From: Nemertoderma westbladi
Taxonomy: Eukaryota > Animalia > Xenacoelomorpha
Assembly: GCA_032718475.1 (NCBI GenBank)
Contig: JAUCBJ010005672.1
Coordinates: 1-44,981 of the forward strand
Direction of reading: 5' to 3'
DNA: 44,981 nt
Positions 1-9,854 of the stretch are shown here, piece after piece. Each line of letters opens with the position of its first letter. The first letter of the stretch is position 1. The position numbers were made by a program, and so were the translations under genes. The notes beneath the pieces were generated by a model, which saw only the letters and a list, made by a program, of their open reading frames with translations, ran no database searches and had not been told where the DNA came from.

Positions 1-1222
1 TCTCTGCTATCTGGACAGGGATATTCTCTTGGACTGTTCCACCGGGTACAGGCAGTGTAGTACTATGTAAAGGGAATTTAGAGTTAAGCTCTGGAAGTAC
101 AGGGGTCTCTAACACAGAAGTGACTTTGGGAACGACAGGCCTAATTATTTCAGGCTCATCAACTATTGTAGGAAGTCTTTCTATTTTAACCACCTGGTCT
201 ATGGGTTCTGTACTACCTAAGTTGGTGTTATTTAGTTGCCTTCTAACAGCTGGAGGCAAATCAGGCAATTTATGACGGTGGGATGTTCTTCCACGTCTGC
301 TTAGACGAGATCTATTTCCTTTGCCTTCAGTATCTGTTGTATCTCCTTCATCAGAGGATGTAAATCCCTGTCTCTTGTAAGTAGTCCGACTTATCAGCTG
401 CATATCACTAGCCGTTATCTGTTTATTTAAGTAATCGCGCTTCTCTTGAAGATTCTCCAACTCTAGTTGGATCTTTTCTTTAGATGCCCTCCGTTCCGCT
501 TCGGCCACTGCTATTGCCGCTGTCTTTCTGTCCTCTATCTGTTTTTTCTTCAACTGTTGTTCCCATTCTCTAACGATGCGGATTCTTTCATCAATTTCCG
601 CTCTATTCGCTGCCAACATTTCCACATCTATTGCGTCCAACACAAACTTGGCTCCTTCACTATTGGGGGAAAGTCCAGACAGTCGTCTCCTCAACTCTTC
701 GTCTCCTAAGAATCGCTGATAGTCGGATAGGTAGATGTCAATGGCGTCTCTAGTTCGCGGCTTCTCTGCTGCTGTTAATTCGCTTTCCACTTCGCTTTCC
801 ACTTGAGAAGAAGTGGCGTCGGTTGATTCTTCATAGGTTGGCCGCTCATCATAAACCGTATCCGCCATCTCCGCTCTGCGTTCGGGCGTCCGCTCAACAG
901 TATCCGAACTACTGGAGCTATCGGGCCGCTGAGAACTAGGTTCTTGGCTAGGATGTTGCTGCTGCTTGACAGCTGCTTCTTGATCCCGCTTGACTTGGGC
1001 CCGAGTGCCGATGATAGACCTACGTTGTTCTACTAGCCTAGGGTCTGACACTACTACTGTAGGGATGGCCTTTCTTACAATAGTAGGTGACTTAGACTTG
1101 GATCTGGGATGTTCTATACTTGGATCTTGGTCACGGATCCTTTTAATACGCTGTCTAAGTCTAATACTCATTCTAACACTTTCTAAGAGACTATCTGACA
1201 GTGATTGGGTTGCGTCTGACAT
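1..1222 (-). CDS. BEL/Pao gag(-pol) N-terminal region, partial (runs off the left window edge)
   Basis: Minus-strand ATG at 1222 gives MSDATQSLSDSLLE...SIIGTRAQVKRDQEA...RDAIDIYLSDYQRFLGDEELRRRL...LPTIVDEPEIIRPVVPKVTSVLETP, open to base 1 and clearly homologous to the N-terminus of the 24072..31691 polyprotein. It is missing from the ORF track because it has no stop inside the window. Confidence 0.9.
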   Translation of the reverse strand, partial: MSDATQSLSDSLLESVRMSIRLRQRIKRIRDQDPSIEHPRSKSKSPTIVRKAIPTVVVSDPRLVEQRRSIIGTRAQVKRDQEAAVKQQQHPSQEPSSQRPDSSSSSDTVERTPERRAEMADTVYDERPTYEESTDATSSQVESEVESELTAAEKPRTRDAIDIYLSDYQRFLGDEELRRRLSGLSPNSEGAKFVLDAIDVEMLAANRAEIDERIRIVREWEQQLKKKQIEDRKTAAIAVAEAERRASKEKIQLELENLQEKRDYLNKQITASDMQLISRTTYKRQGFTSSDEGDTTDTEGKGNRSRLSRRGRTSHRHKLPDLPPAVRRQLNNTNLGSTEPIDQVVKIERLPTIVDEPEIIRPVVPKVTSVLETPVLPELNSKFPLHSTTLPVPGGTVQENIPVQIAE

Positions 1223-2238
1223 GTTTGTTTACACAGTTGAATGCCTACGGCTATAAATACAGTTAAAGCAAGTCTAGTAATTCCGTATCACTGTTGGCCT
1301 AATAATTAATTACCGATACTGCTACTCAGTGTACCGGTGATATTTATATACAGTATATTAGAATACCGGTATACGCTTATAATATAGATAAGTATTAGTA
1401 CAGACTAGTTTTGTCACAGAGTACCGGTATATAATTTTTTAGCACAAATATATATAAATATATAATAGGCCTATCGTGAATACCGGTAGACAGCTTACAC
1501 TTATAGTATATATAAGTATAATTATGAACTTGAATTAATCAGATCTCCGGGTGTTCAACTATAGGGATCTCGTAAGTTGTCTCCTTCCGTACTTCGCTAC
1601 CGTACGTTAGCTGATCTGGTATACTAATTTAATTCTAGAACTTTGTTGCTGCGGTAGTTAGCAGCAATACCTATCAGTACGTGGCAAGGCGCGGTAGGAT
1701 ATTAATAAACCTCCCTAGGCCAAGCAGTGTGCCGGTAGCAGAAATACTCCTTGCCTGATCAAATAGCTAACTCCAGACAGGGGGGGGGGGGTACTAATGT
1801 ACGTTCTACAAAGCGAACCGGTACCAAACAGTCAGTGCTACGACTCACTAAATTATGGAACATATGCTGTCCGTACCTAATATGTACTCGCGTACTGACG
1901 AATGGCAATAGTTCGCACCTGTAGGAAGTACAGGTTAACCCAGGGGTTCGTAGGACTTGACAAAGGGGGGGTTGTCTGGATATAATTATTTGATCCTAAA
2001 TTTGCGGCGTCCAGTGTGGTGTCACGCTTACCCTGATCTATAGGTCTTACGGCGGGCAAGGGCGTCGAACAAAGTCTTACCTTCTCACAAAGCGGGCGCT
2101 GCATAGCAAGTGGAGTATTTCGAAGGGGCAAAGGGGGTGCGCGGTCGATCCAATGTGGGCGCTAGCGTGTTGTGGACATCCCTTCCCTGCGTTGCTTACG
2201 GCCTAACGATCTAGGCTGCCATCTCCCTGGTGTTCGGC

Positions 2239-2256
2239 TGTCCCGAAGTCGGACCA
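2239..2256 (-). promoter_or_regulatory. Primer-binding site, probably tRNA-Tyr type
   Basis: Minus strand reads TGACA-tgttttcttt-TGGTCCGACTTCGGG. The complement AAGUCGGA-CCA has G72 and A73, the eukaryotic tRNA-Tyr identity elements; TGGTCC is a common BEL/Pao PBS start. Confidence 0.6.
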
Positions 2257-2266
2257 AAAGAAAACA

Positions 2267-2822
2267 TGTCAGGAAATTGCAGTATATTTACAGTTTTACA
2301 AAGAATTATCAAACGAAGTTTCAACAAGAAACCGAATAAACTAATTTTAAAATAATATCAGGGTGGTTTACAAGGGAAGTGAAGGTGATAACCGAAGGCA
2401 AACCGGCCTTTTTATACTAGAAATTGCACATGGAAACTAAACAGAATTTTCCACAGCTTCACCATTGAGCAATGAAGTGCTTCGTGCTCTATGATTGGCC
2501 CAGCTCATCGTTCAACGCAGTCCGGCCCTTACACTAAATCTGGGACATGGAATCCTAACAGAATTTTCCACTGCCTCACATTTGAGCAATAAGATAATTT
2601 ATGCCCTATGATTGGCCTGGCTCATTATTCGCTACGCTGTACGCTTCTCATTGGCCTACCAATTAGCACCACACGAAAATAAATGGCCCCAAAATACAAA
2701 TTTCCCGACTGGGATTCGAACTCGTAACCTACGTAATGTAACCAACGCCTTAACCATCTGACCACTACGCCACGAGAGTACCTAAAGGTTTTATGTGTAC
2801 AAATATGAATAGGCATATTACA
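2267..2822 (-). repeat. Candidate 5' LTR of BEL copy 1
   Basis: Candidate termini TGTAAT...TGACA; TATAAAA on the minus strand at ~2410-2416; two ~118-bp direct repeats (2425-2520, 2543-2640), each containing a CCAAT box. Confidence 0.55.
2700..2772 (-). other. tRNA-like Pol III promoter sequence (degenerate; SINE head or LTR-embedded)
   Basis: A-box-like GTGGTCAGATGG and B-box GAGTTCGAATCCC at tRNA spacing; the T and acceptor stems pair poorly. Confidence 0.55.
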
Positions 2823-3116
2823 TTACTGTAACTTAATCAAAATACGTCGGATTTTCAAAAGTTTTTACGTTAAAGTTAAACTACAAATGCTACCTTATAG
2901 TGAAATAATTCATCAACGAAAATTAAGACTATTTGGATTGGATGAATAGAGGGAAATTCAAATTATATGCTGTCACAGTGATTGTACAACTGGCTGAGTT
3001 TGTGACAGGGCTAATGCAACATGTATAGTATAGACCCATTGGCTATGTATGTGTAGGCCTATTTGATGTACTACTGTAGTCTTTATAGTTACATATGTTT
3101 GTATGTCTGATAAATA

Positions 3117-4176
3117 ATGAGTACCGGTATCGATCAGCTTTTAACCAAATACTTTAATGATGGCTTTCAACTGCGAGAGATTTTGGATGTACTTAAGTTT
3201 CGCCATAAGGTCACTATTGGAGAGCGGACATTGAAGCGTTATAAGGCGCGATTAAACCTGAGAAATCGATCATATCACGAGTGTGGGGAAGAAGTTGTAG
3301 CTGCTGTAGTTGATGAACTTGTTCAACATGGTGGTATGAATTGTGGCTACAGGGCGATTCGCAAACGGGTGAGAAGTCGATATGGAATTAATATTCCACA
3401 TGAGACTGTTCGAGATATACTTAAATATGTGGATCCAGAAGGTGTTGACATGAGGATAAAGAACTCGTTGCAACGTCGTGGTGCATATGGCTCAGGTGGA
3501 CCCATGTACTGCTTACATATAGATGGGTATGACAAATTGAAACCCTACGGTTTCCCTATACATGCTGCAGTTGATGGGTTTTCCAGGAAAATTATATGGC
3601 TGAATGTTTTACCATCCAATAATGATCCTGATGTTGTGTCAACTCTATATTTCGACTTTCTGCAAAAAGGGAACCGGCAGCCATTCTTGATACGTGTAGA
3701 TGCGGGAACAGAGAATGGGACAATCGATTTCTCAATTTTGGATAGAAACCTTTAATTTAATGATTAATAATGGAACTTATTTTCCAAACGACGAACTGCA
3801 TCAACAGTGTTTACGGTACTGTTTCTTTAAGTTATTACAAATACAGCTCGATGTTTTTGTGTATAACTGGAATACTCATAGAATGAGACGTAATCGGAAA
3901 ATACACTTTTTAGGTGGTATACCAGATGTGCTTTACTGCTCGCCCGAACGTTTCGGAAAGCAAGACTGTGGATTGCCCTTGCCAGTCACTGGTGAAGAAC
4001 TAAGTTCCTTAGCAGAAGAATTTACTAAACCATTCTATGATCACGGTTGTTCTACAGACTTCATTCAGTTGCTTGAGACACTATTTGGTGATGGAAACTG
4101 CCCTAGACCTCCAAAATCTCTCAATCAGGCTATTGATTTGTACTTGAAATTAAACGAAATATTGAAACCATTTTAA
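3117..4176 (+). pseudogene. IS3/IS481-like integrase-core (DDE) transposase with N-terminal HTH; internal deletion and frameshift
   Basis: Motifs HIDGYDKLKPYGFPIHAAVDGFSRKIIWL, SNNDP, RVDAGTENG, then a frame change at ~3722 straight into SQFWIETF...WNTHRMR...GIPDVLY. The expected NQRIE-type segment with the catalytic Glu is absent. Confidence 0.8.
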
Positions 4177-4605
4177 AGGTACGTTAATCCTATCTGGCCC
4201 ATTTCATTTATACAGCAAATAAATTAATTTTAGTGAGCCATAGAAACTTTTGAAAATGGCTGCTGGATAGGCTCGCCAAATAGGGTTAACTAATATATAT
4301 TCTACGAATATTGCTTTTGTTTAATAATGTTTGTAAATGTTTATATATGTATATTATATTTGGATATTGAATATAGTTTAAGGGTGGCTGTCTTTTACGT
4401 AACTGCCAAGAGATATAATTACATTACATTATGGTCATTATTATGAACATAATATATGGGGATGGAATGATTTTTGAGTTTAAAAATAGCGCACCAAAAG
4501 CGCTACCAGGATACCCGCAGCCCCACCCCCCCCCCCCCCCTCCCCCCCAAGGGCCGAAAAAGGGTTAAACTGAAACTTAGTAAAACTTCGCCCCGAAATG
4601 AAAAC

Positions 4606-4685
4606 TGGCACACGTGTGGGGATCGAACCCACGACCTCCGGAGAGATGTGTCTGACCACCACCACACTTCCATCCATGACCACCG
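4606..4685 (-). other. tRNA-like sequence between the convergent transposon genes
   Basis: GGTGGTCATGGATGG (A-box-like) ... GGTCGTGGGTTCGATCCCCAC (perfect T-arm, B-box) ... ends in GTGCCA; acceptor and anticodon arms are non-canonical. Confidence 0.5.
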
Positions 4686-4979
4686 ATTTGCAAAACAGTC
4701 GAGTACTGTTCTCTCATAAAGTGCTTCATAAACAACGAAGTAAAACTATAAACAACGAAATAAAACATTGAAATATTGTGTATGAATTATATGGATAGAT
4801 ACTAAATAGTCTACCATCTCCCTAGTACAAGGCCAGGGTAACAATGAATGAGTTATGATTACCGATATGTATATAGTATGTTCAATACAGTAATAGTCTA
4901 TCTCAATCCAGCTCTTTATAAGAATATTCGGCGTTCATTCTAGAGATGACATTAGTACAATATGTATATTGACTATTTA

Positions 4980-7019
4980 TTACATTATATCAAATGATAA
5001 GTTGTCAATATGAGACAGAATAAAATCAAATTCTCCCCTGAGTTGACGATAGAATTTGTAGCTATGAGGCAACTCCAACACTGCACCACAAGTACGTGCT
5101 ACAGGACGCCGTGCAAACCCATCTAGGGAAACGAATGAGACTATTATTTCCACAACTGTTATGACATCAGAACCCGTAATAAAACGGAGCAGCTTCTTTA
5201 ATCCACTCTCATCCTGCGATTTCACATACTGCATTAGAAACCGGAAAGCTCTACACTCCGCCTCACTTGTTGGGTTGACATTGTCAAAAAGTGGTACTAT
5301 ATTTGCCACTGTTGCTTTCTTTGAAGCATATAAATGCAGAATTGAATTAACAGTCGGAAACATTTCCAGGAAATAGTTACGAGCAATGAGTGATATATTT
5401 TCGAGGGCATATTTAGGCTCCTGGATCAACTGCTTGAGTGCTGCTTGGACTATTAAGGGTCGATAATTCCCATCTGAGGGTAAAACAGAGTGATAACCGA
5501 ATCGATCCAATATATCGAGTAATTCATCTCTAGTATCATCGGGTAGTATCACAGGGAGCAGAGCTTGTTCAAAGACTGCAGACTCATAGGTGGACAAATA
5601 TGGTGAAAAAGATGTTAATATTATATCTTCATTGAGAGCAGACTCTCCATAGACCAAAGCAATAAAAAATGCCGGTGCCATCATAATTGGGAAAACTTTA
5701 CAGTCCTTGTAGCCTTTAACGAGGATCCTTCCTATACTCTGCCATTCGCCTATTTGTAGTTCCGGCATGAGTGCAGGAACTCTATAGGTTTCTCCATCAG
5801 CACAGCTCTCAAAAAAACGTTGCCAAAATAGTGTATATGCTTCACGTGAAACTCCATAAAAATCTTCTCCCATTTCATTGACAAATTCCACTTTAATTGG
5901 AACTTCAATAATCCCTTCGTGCTTAAAGTAATTTATCATATCCCACAACACACCGCTTCGATTTATGCAAAGTTTTTCTTCAACAAAATCTTCCTCCGCA
6001 ATATCACGATCATTTCCTAAATCCCCACATCCCGCGAAACTGCCGGAAGTATCAAACCCAAACCGCGAAGGAGCACGGACATTCTCTCTTGGCCTCAGTT
6101 GATAATTGGGAACCGTAATGGAATTCTCAACATTTTCTGGAGGTTCTAGGTTTATCATCGGAACTTCCGGGTTTATCATCGGAACTTCCGGGTGTATCAT
6201 CGGGGCTTCTGGGTTTATCATCGGGACTTCCGGGTTTAACATCAGAACTTCCGGGTTTATCATCGGGGCTTCTGGGTTTATTATCGGGACTTCCGGGGTT
6301 AACATCGGGACTTCCGGGGTTATCATCGGGACTTCCGGGTTTAACATCAGAACTTCCGGGTTTATCATTGTGGCTTCTGGGTTTATCATCGGGACTTCCG
6401 GGGTTAACATCGGGACTTCCGGGGTTAACATAGGGACTTCCGGGTTTAACATTGGGGCTTTTGGGGATATCATTCCTTTTCGAGATGTAGTGATATAAAA
6501 CCTCGCAATCCGCAAACCAGATTTTATATAACAATCGTCAATAGTCTGTGTCAAATCAGTACAAACTTCATTCGACCAGTTAAGTAGTGTAAAGTGAAAG
6601 TCCTCTTTCGGACCTCGAGGACTAGGAAAGAACAAATCAATACCTTTTTCAAGTATATCATTCAGGGTTTCTCCCTTTGGAATTTTTGGAAGAATGCGAA
6701 TTCCCCCACCTTCGGATAAGCGAACAGTTCGCAGAATAAGTTCAGATTTATGAATATAACGATCCTTCCACCCGACCTCTACACGGCGTGTAGTGCGTGA
6801 CGCGTTGGAATTTCCAACTGCTCCCTGTTTTACCTGAGCGACTGATTTAACGGCTCTCTCCGCCTGCTTATTGTAGTAATACCGGGAATTTTTTTCTCTA
6901 ATTCGTCTGACAATACCCTGAATAAGTTTGTTGCCTCTCCGCGAAATTTTATTTTGTGTCTCTTCGCTGCTTTCTCCCGGCTGAAAATCGTCACCAGAAT
7001 TTGAGCTGGAAGTACTCAT
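4980..7019 (-). CDS. HECT-domain E3 ubiquitin ligase-like protein (transposon-encoded, G2E3-like HECT), intronless
   Basis: First ATG at 7019 (the track start at 7037 is GTG). HECT motifs: VEFVNEMGEDFYGVSREAYTLFW, KLLRFITGSD, RRPVARTCGAVLELP with the catalytic Cys retained. No stops or frameshifts. Confidence 0.85.
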   Translation of the reverse strand: MSTSSSNSGDDFQPGESSEETQNKISRRGNKLIQGIVRRIREKNSRYYYNKQAERAVKSVAQVKQGAVGNSNASRTTRRVEVGWKDRYIHKSELILRTVRLSEGGGIRILPKIPKGETLNDILEKGIDLFFPSPRGPKEDFHFTLLNWSNEVCTDLTQTIDDCYIKSGLRIARFYITTSRKGMISPKAPMLNPEVPMLTPEVPMLTPEVPMINPEATMINPEVLMLNPEVPMITPEVPMLTPEVPIINPEAPMINPEVLMLNPEVPMINPEAPMIHPEVPMINPEVPMINLEPPENVENSITVPNYQLRPRENVRAPSRFGFDTSGSFAGCGDLGNDRDIAEEDFVEEKLCINRSGVLWDMINYFKHEGIIEVPIKVEFVNEMGEDFYGVSREAYTLFWQRFFESCADGETYRVPALMPELQIGEWQSIGRILVKGYKDCKVFPIMMAPAFFIALVYGESALNEDIILTSFSPYLSTYESAVFEQALLPVILPDDTRDELLDILDRFGYHSVLPSDGNYRPLIVQAALKQLIQEPKYALENISLIARNYFLEMFPTVNSILHLYASKKATVANIVPLFDNVNPTSEAECRAFRFLMQYVKSQDESGLKKLLRFITGSDVITVVEIIVSFVSLDGFARRPVARTCGAVLELPHSYKFYRQLRGEFDFILSHIDNLSFDIM
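6146..6460 (-). repeat. 21-bp coding minisatellite encoding (PMINPEV)n, about 15 copies
   Basis: Units such as GGGACTTCCGGGTTTATCATC, in frame within the HECT ORF. Confidence 0.9.
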
Positions 7020-7419
7020 AACCAATCCACATTCCACAATGTACTGCTGTACTGAGTAACTGAGAGTAGTAATACAATTTAAATAGGCCTAGACCTGTAG
7101 ACTGCTGACGTGTATAAGATAAGGTGCTTGCTGCTTGTTTCTGTGCAGTGAGCTGAGCAGTGGCAGTTGTAGCTGTAAAGCTTTCACTGCAGATGTTAAC
7201 TGATTCGTGACTCAGTGATGTTGGATGTGTACAATCAATTAATTTCGGCACACATACTGTAGGCCTAGACCTACCATGTACATGATTATATGTATCTATC
7301 AATCTCTGACTCTAGTCAAAACAGTACCGCAAGGCCATGGCACTGCAGTTCCACAGTGACATCATGGCACCTGTTTGAATTTCCCTCTACTACATTCAGA
7401 AACTTACCCAATCCAAATT

Positions 7420-7845
7420 TTTGGTCTTAAAGTTCGTAATACGAAGTTTAAGACCTTTTATTTGGTCTTAAAGTTCGTAATACGAAGTTTAAGACCTTTT
7501 ATTTGGTCTTAAAGTTCGTAATACGAAGTTTAAGACCTTTTATGGTCTTAAACTTCGTAATACGAAAATTAAGACCTTTTATTTGGTCTTAAAGTTCGTA
7601 ATACGAAGTTTAAGACCTTTTATTTGGTCTTAAAGTTCGTAATACGAAGTTTAAGACCTTTTATTTGGTCTTAAAGTTCGTAATACGAAGTTTAAGACCT
7701 TTTATGGTCTTAAACTTCGTAATACGAAAATTAAGACCTTTTATTTGGTCTTAAAGTTCGTAATACGAAGTTTAAGACCTTTTATTTGGTCTTAAAGTTC
7801 GTAATAAGAAAATTAAGACCTTTTTTGGTCTTAATATTCGTTTCA
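7420..7845. repeat. Subterminal tandem array of a 41/39-bp palindromic unit, about 10.5 copies
   Basis: Unit GGTCTTAAAgTTCGTA-A-TACGAAgTTTAAGACC-ttttattt; a block of three 41-mers plus one 39-bp variant occurs twice. Confidence 0.95.
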
Positions 7846-9854
7846 AGCAAAACATAAAAAAATATTACCTAAGTGGCCCTTCAGTGCCACCATATAACAC
7901 CAAAAATAAGCAACCCATTTCTCAATTAGATTAGAGCATTAGAGCACTTGTATTTCCATAGTTTTAAGTATCATCAAACTGTGATACCATTGGCATACTA
8001 ACAACTGGTCTGTCACAATTTTTTACATTTATTATAGTAAGGGATCTTGGGGTCTTAGAAACAATTTTTTACGTATTAGACAAGACTCACATGTATCCAT
8101 CATCATTTCTAAATGTTTCTCCAACTCAGGTCTCCAATAAATAATCAACAAAATTTGTCTTTTGGTGTATGTCCAAATTGTTTCTGTAGTTTGTTGATCC
8201 ATTTGAATTGAAACTCTAATATACTTCCAGGATCAACTGATAACATCATTGATAGGGGCCTCCTGATATAAAGATTGATAATTATCAGATGACTTTGTAG
8301 TGACGTCAAATTTTTAGCAGCCAATCACAGTCGCTTTTCAAAATAGGTTTTGAGCGTTTAATTAAACCAGCCATTTCGACCGTTCCCTCGTGTTTTTACC
8401 AAAAAACACACCCCGCCACTCGATTCATGGCACCTTTTTACCCCTCATTCACTTGTTTCTATAGCTCAACATTTTTTCGCGCACCAACCCTAGGCCTATT
8501 GTATTGTATAGGCCGTGCCCCAAGCCAATGTATTTTTGTGTCAACCTCGCCAGTCGCCAGTCCACACCGGACAAAGTCGACACAAATATTCATTAACATT
8601 ATGGACTGCTAATTGTGCACTTACAGACAATACTGTATGAAATAAGTTTAGGCTCAATACCGCAATTGGCAATGCTATTCGCAAAATGTTTATTGACATT
8701 TAACTGCTGCACTTTGGCTACAACTACTGTACGTGTCTATACGATGCTATGTTTATGCCTTAATCTATTACACATGTATTTTATTTGACTGACAGCAGTG
8801 AAGTGCTAAAAACAAGTCACTTTTTGTTTCTCCATAATATTCTAATTATGAAATAATATGTCACCATTTTCATTGAGTGTTTTTTTAAATTATGAATGCC
8901 ATTAGTCTTCAGTCTTGGATGTGTTTAATTGCTTGCAGCTGTGTCCCATTAACTTATCCAATTATTTTCAAATAATATAGTCTTTACGTAAACGCCACAT
9001 CCTCATATTCTAACTGTTGACAATTATTAGGGCCTACATAATTGTTTTGTGTTGTGGAACAATTATTAAACTAAACTGCTGCACTAAATATTGTTACTGC
9101 ATTCTGTATATGAAGTCAAAAATTATTAACAAAGGTTAGCAACAACTCTTTAACTTCATTGAGTATTAACGTGTTATGTGAACCTTACCATTCATTCAGT
9201 GAACCTTACCATTCATTCAGTTAACCTTAGTGTACAATTTTATCACAACAACATTGTCAACAACAACAACGAATATTGTGCACCAAAATTTACAACCTGG
9301 TAAACTTCGATTGTATACTTTGAGAAGTCCATCTGAGCGAAATTGGCTGTAATTCGAAAAAAATTCCTATTTAATAGTAGAAGTATTTTGTATAATTAGT
9401 TAATATATATTTAATGCACCATCACAACATCTGCAAAGATATGGGTATAATAACACCGCAGTAGCTAATTAACCAACAGAAAATAATAACAGCAAAGTAT
9501 TAGCACGACAAAAAGGCAAAAGCATTAAGAACAAAAAAGAGAGAAAAATTTGATAGCGTGTTTCTAAATACTGTAGTTCTAAAACTATAGTTGGACTGGT
9601 TCCCAGCGCAAGCAGCTAGGCTAGGCAATAGCAAAAATCCCAATGAATGAGGGAGCTGGAAGAACAGTACATGTAGGCCTATAGAGAGACGGTTGCATTT
9701 TGATAACTTAATTACTTTTCTAATTATTGTAATTCGTTCTAATTGCTGTATAATTACACATTTCTTAAAGCTAATCACTAATTAATAACTATAATCAAAT
9801 GGGATATGGGAATTATAGCTGTATAATTTTTAAGTATAATTATTTACATCTTAT

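Larger units (their letters stand above)
1..2822 (-). mobile_element. BEL/Pao LTR retrotransposon copy 1 (5' LTR, PBS, leader, start of gag)
   Basis: gag homology; leader 1223-1540 is homologous to 23768-24071; PBS-like TGG at 2256 follows an LTR end ...TTTCCTGACA at 2267. The outer LTR boundary is uncertain. Confidence 0.75.
2915..7894. mobile_element. IS3EU-like DNA transposon (DDE transposase plus HECT ligase), left terminus lost
   Basis: Two convergent ORFs; right end ...GTGGCCCTTCAGTGCCACCATA (TAYGG-type terminus); palindromic subterminal array; inner inverted repeats 2916-2962 and 7374-7437 (CGAA..TTAAGAC..ATTTGGATTGG..TAGAGGGAAATTCAAA). Confidence 0.75.

Noticed and set aside
467-1256. 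Plus-strand ORFs 467..709 and 990..1256
   Set aside because: Antisense shadows of the minus-strand gag ORF.
2239-2772. Self-encoded primer: the LTR tRNA-like 3' end (AGTCGGG) pairing with the PBS (TGGTCCGACT)
   Set aside because: Only a 6-7 nt match and out of register with the canonical tRNA 3' end; a host tRNA-Tyr explains the PBS more simply.
2700-4685. Functional tRNA genes at 2700-2772 and 4606-4685
   Set aside because: Acceptor and anticodon stems do not form a proper cloverleaf.
6106-6534. ORFs with GFIIGTS and KPGSPDD repeats
   Set aside because: Alternative-frame and antisense readings of the 21-bp minisatellite inside the HECT gene.
7420-7845. CRISPR-like array of palindromic repeats
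   Set aside because: No unique spacers, no cas genes and a eukaryotic context; it is a head-to-tail subterminal repeat.
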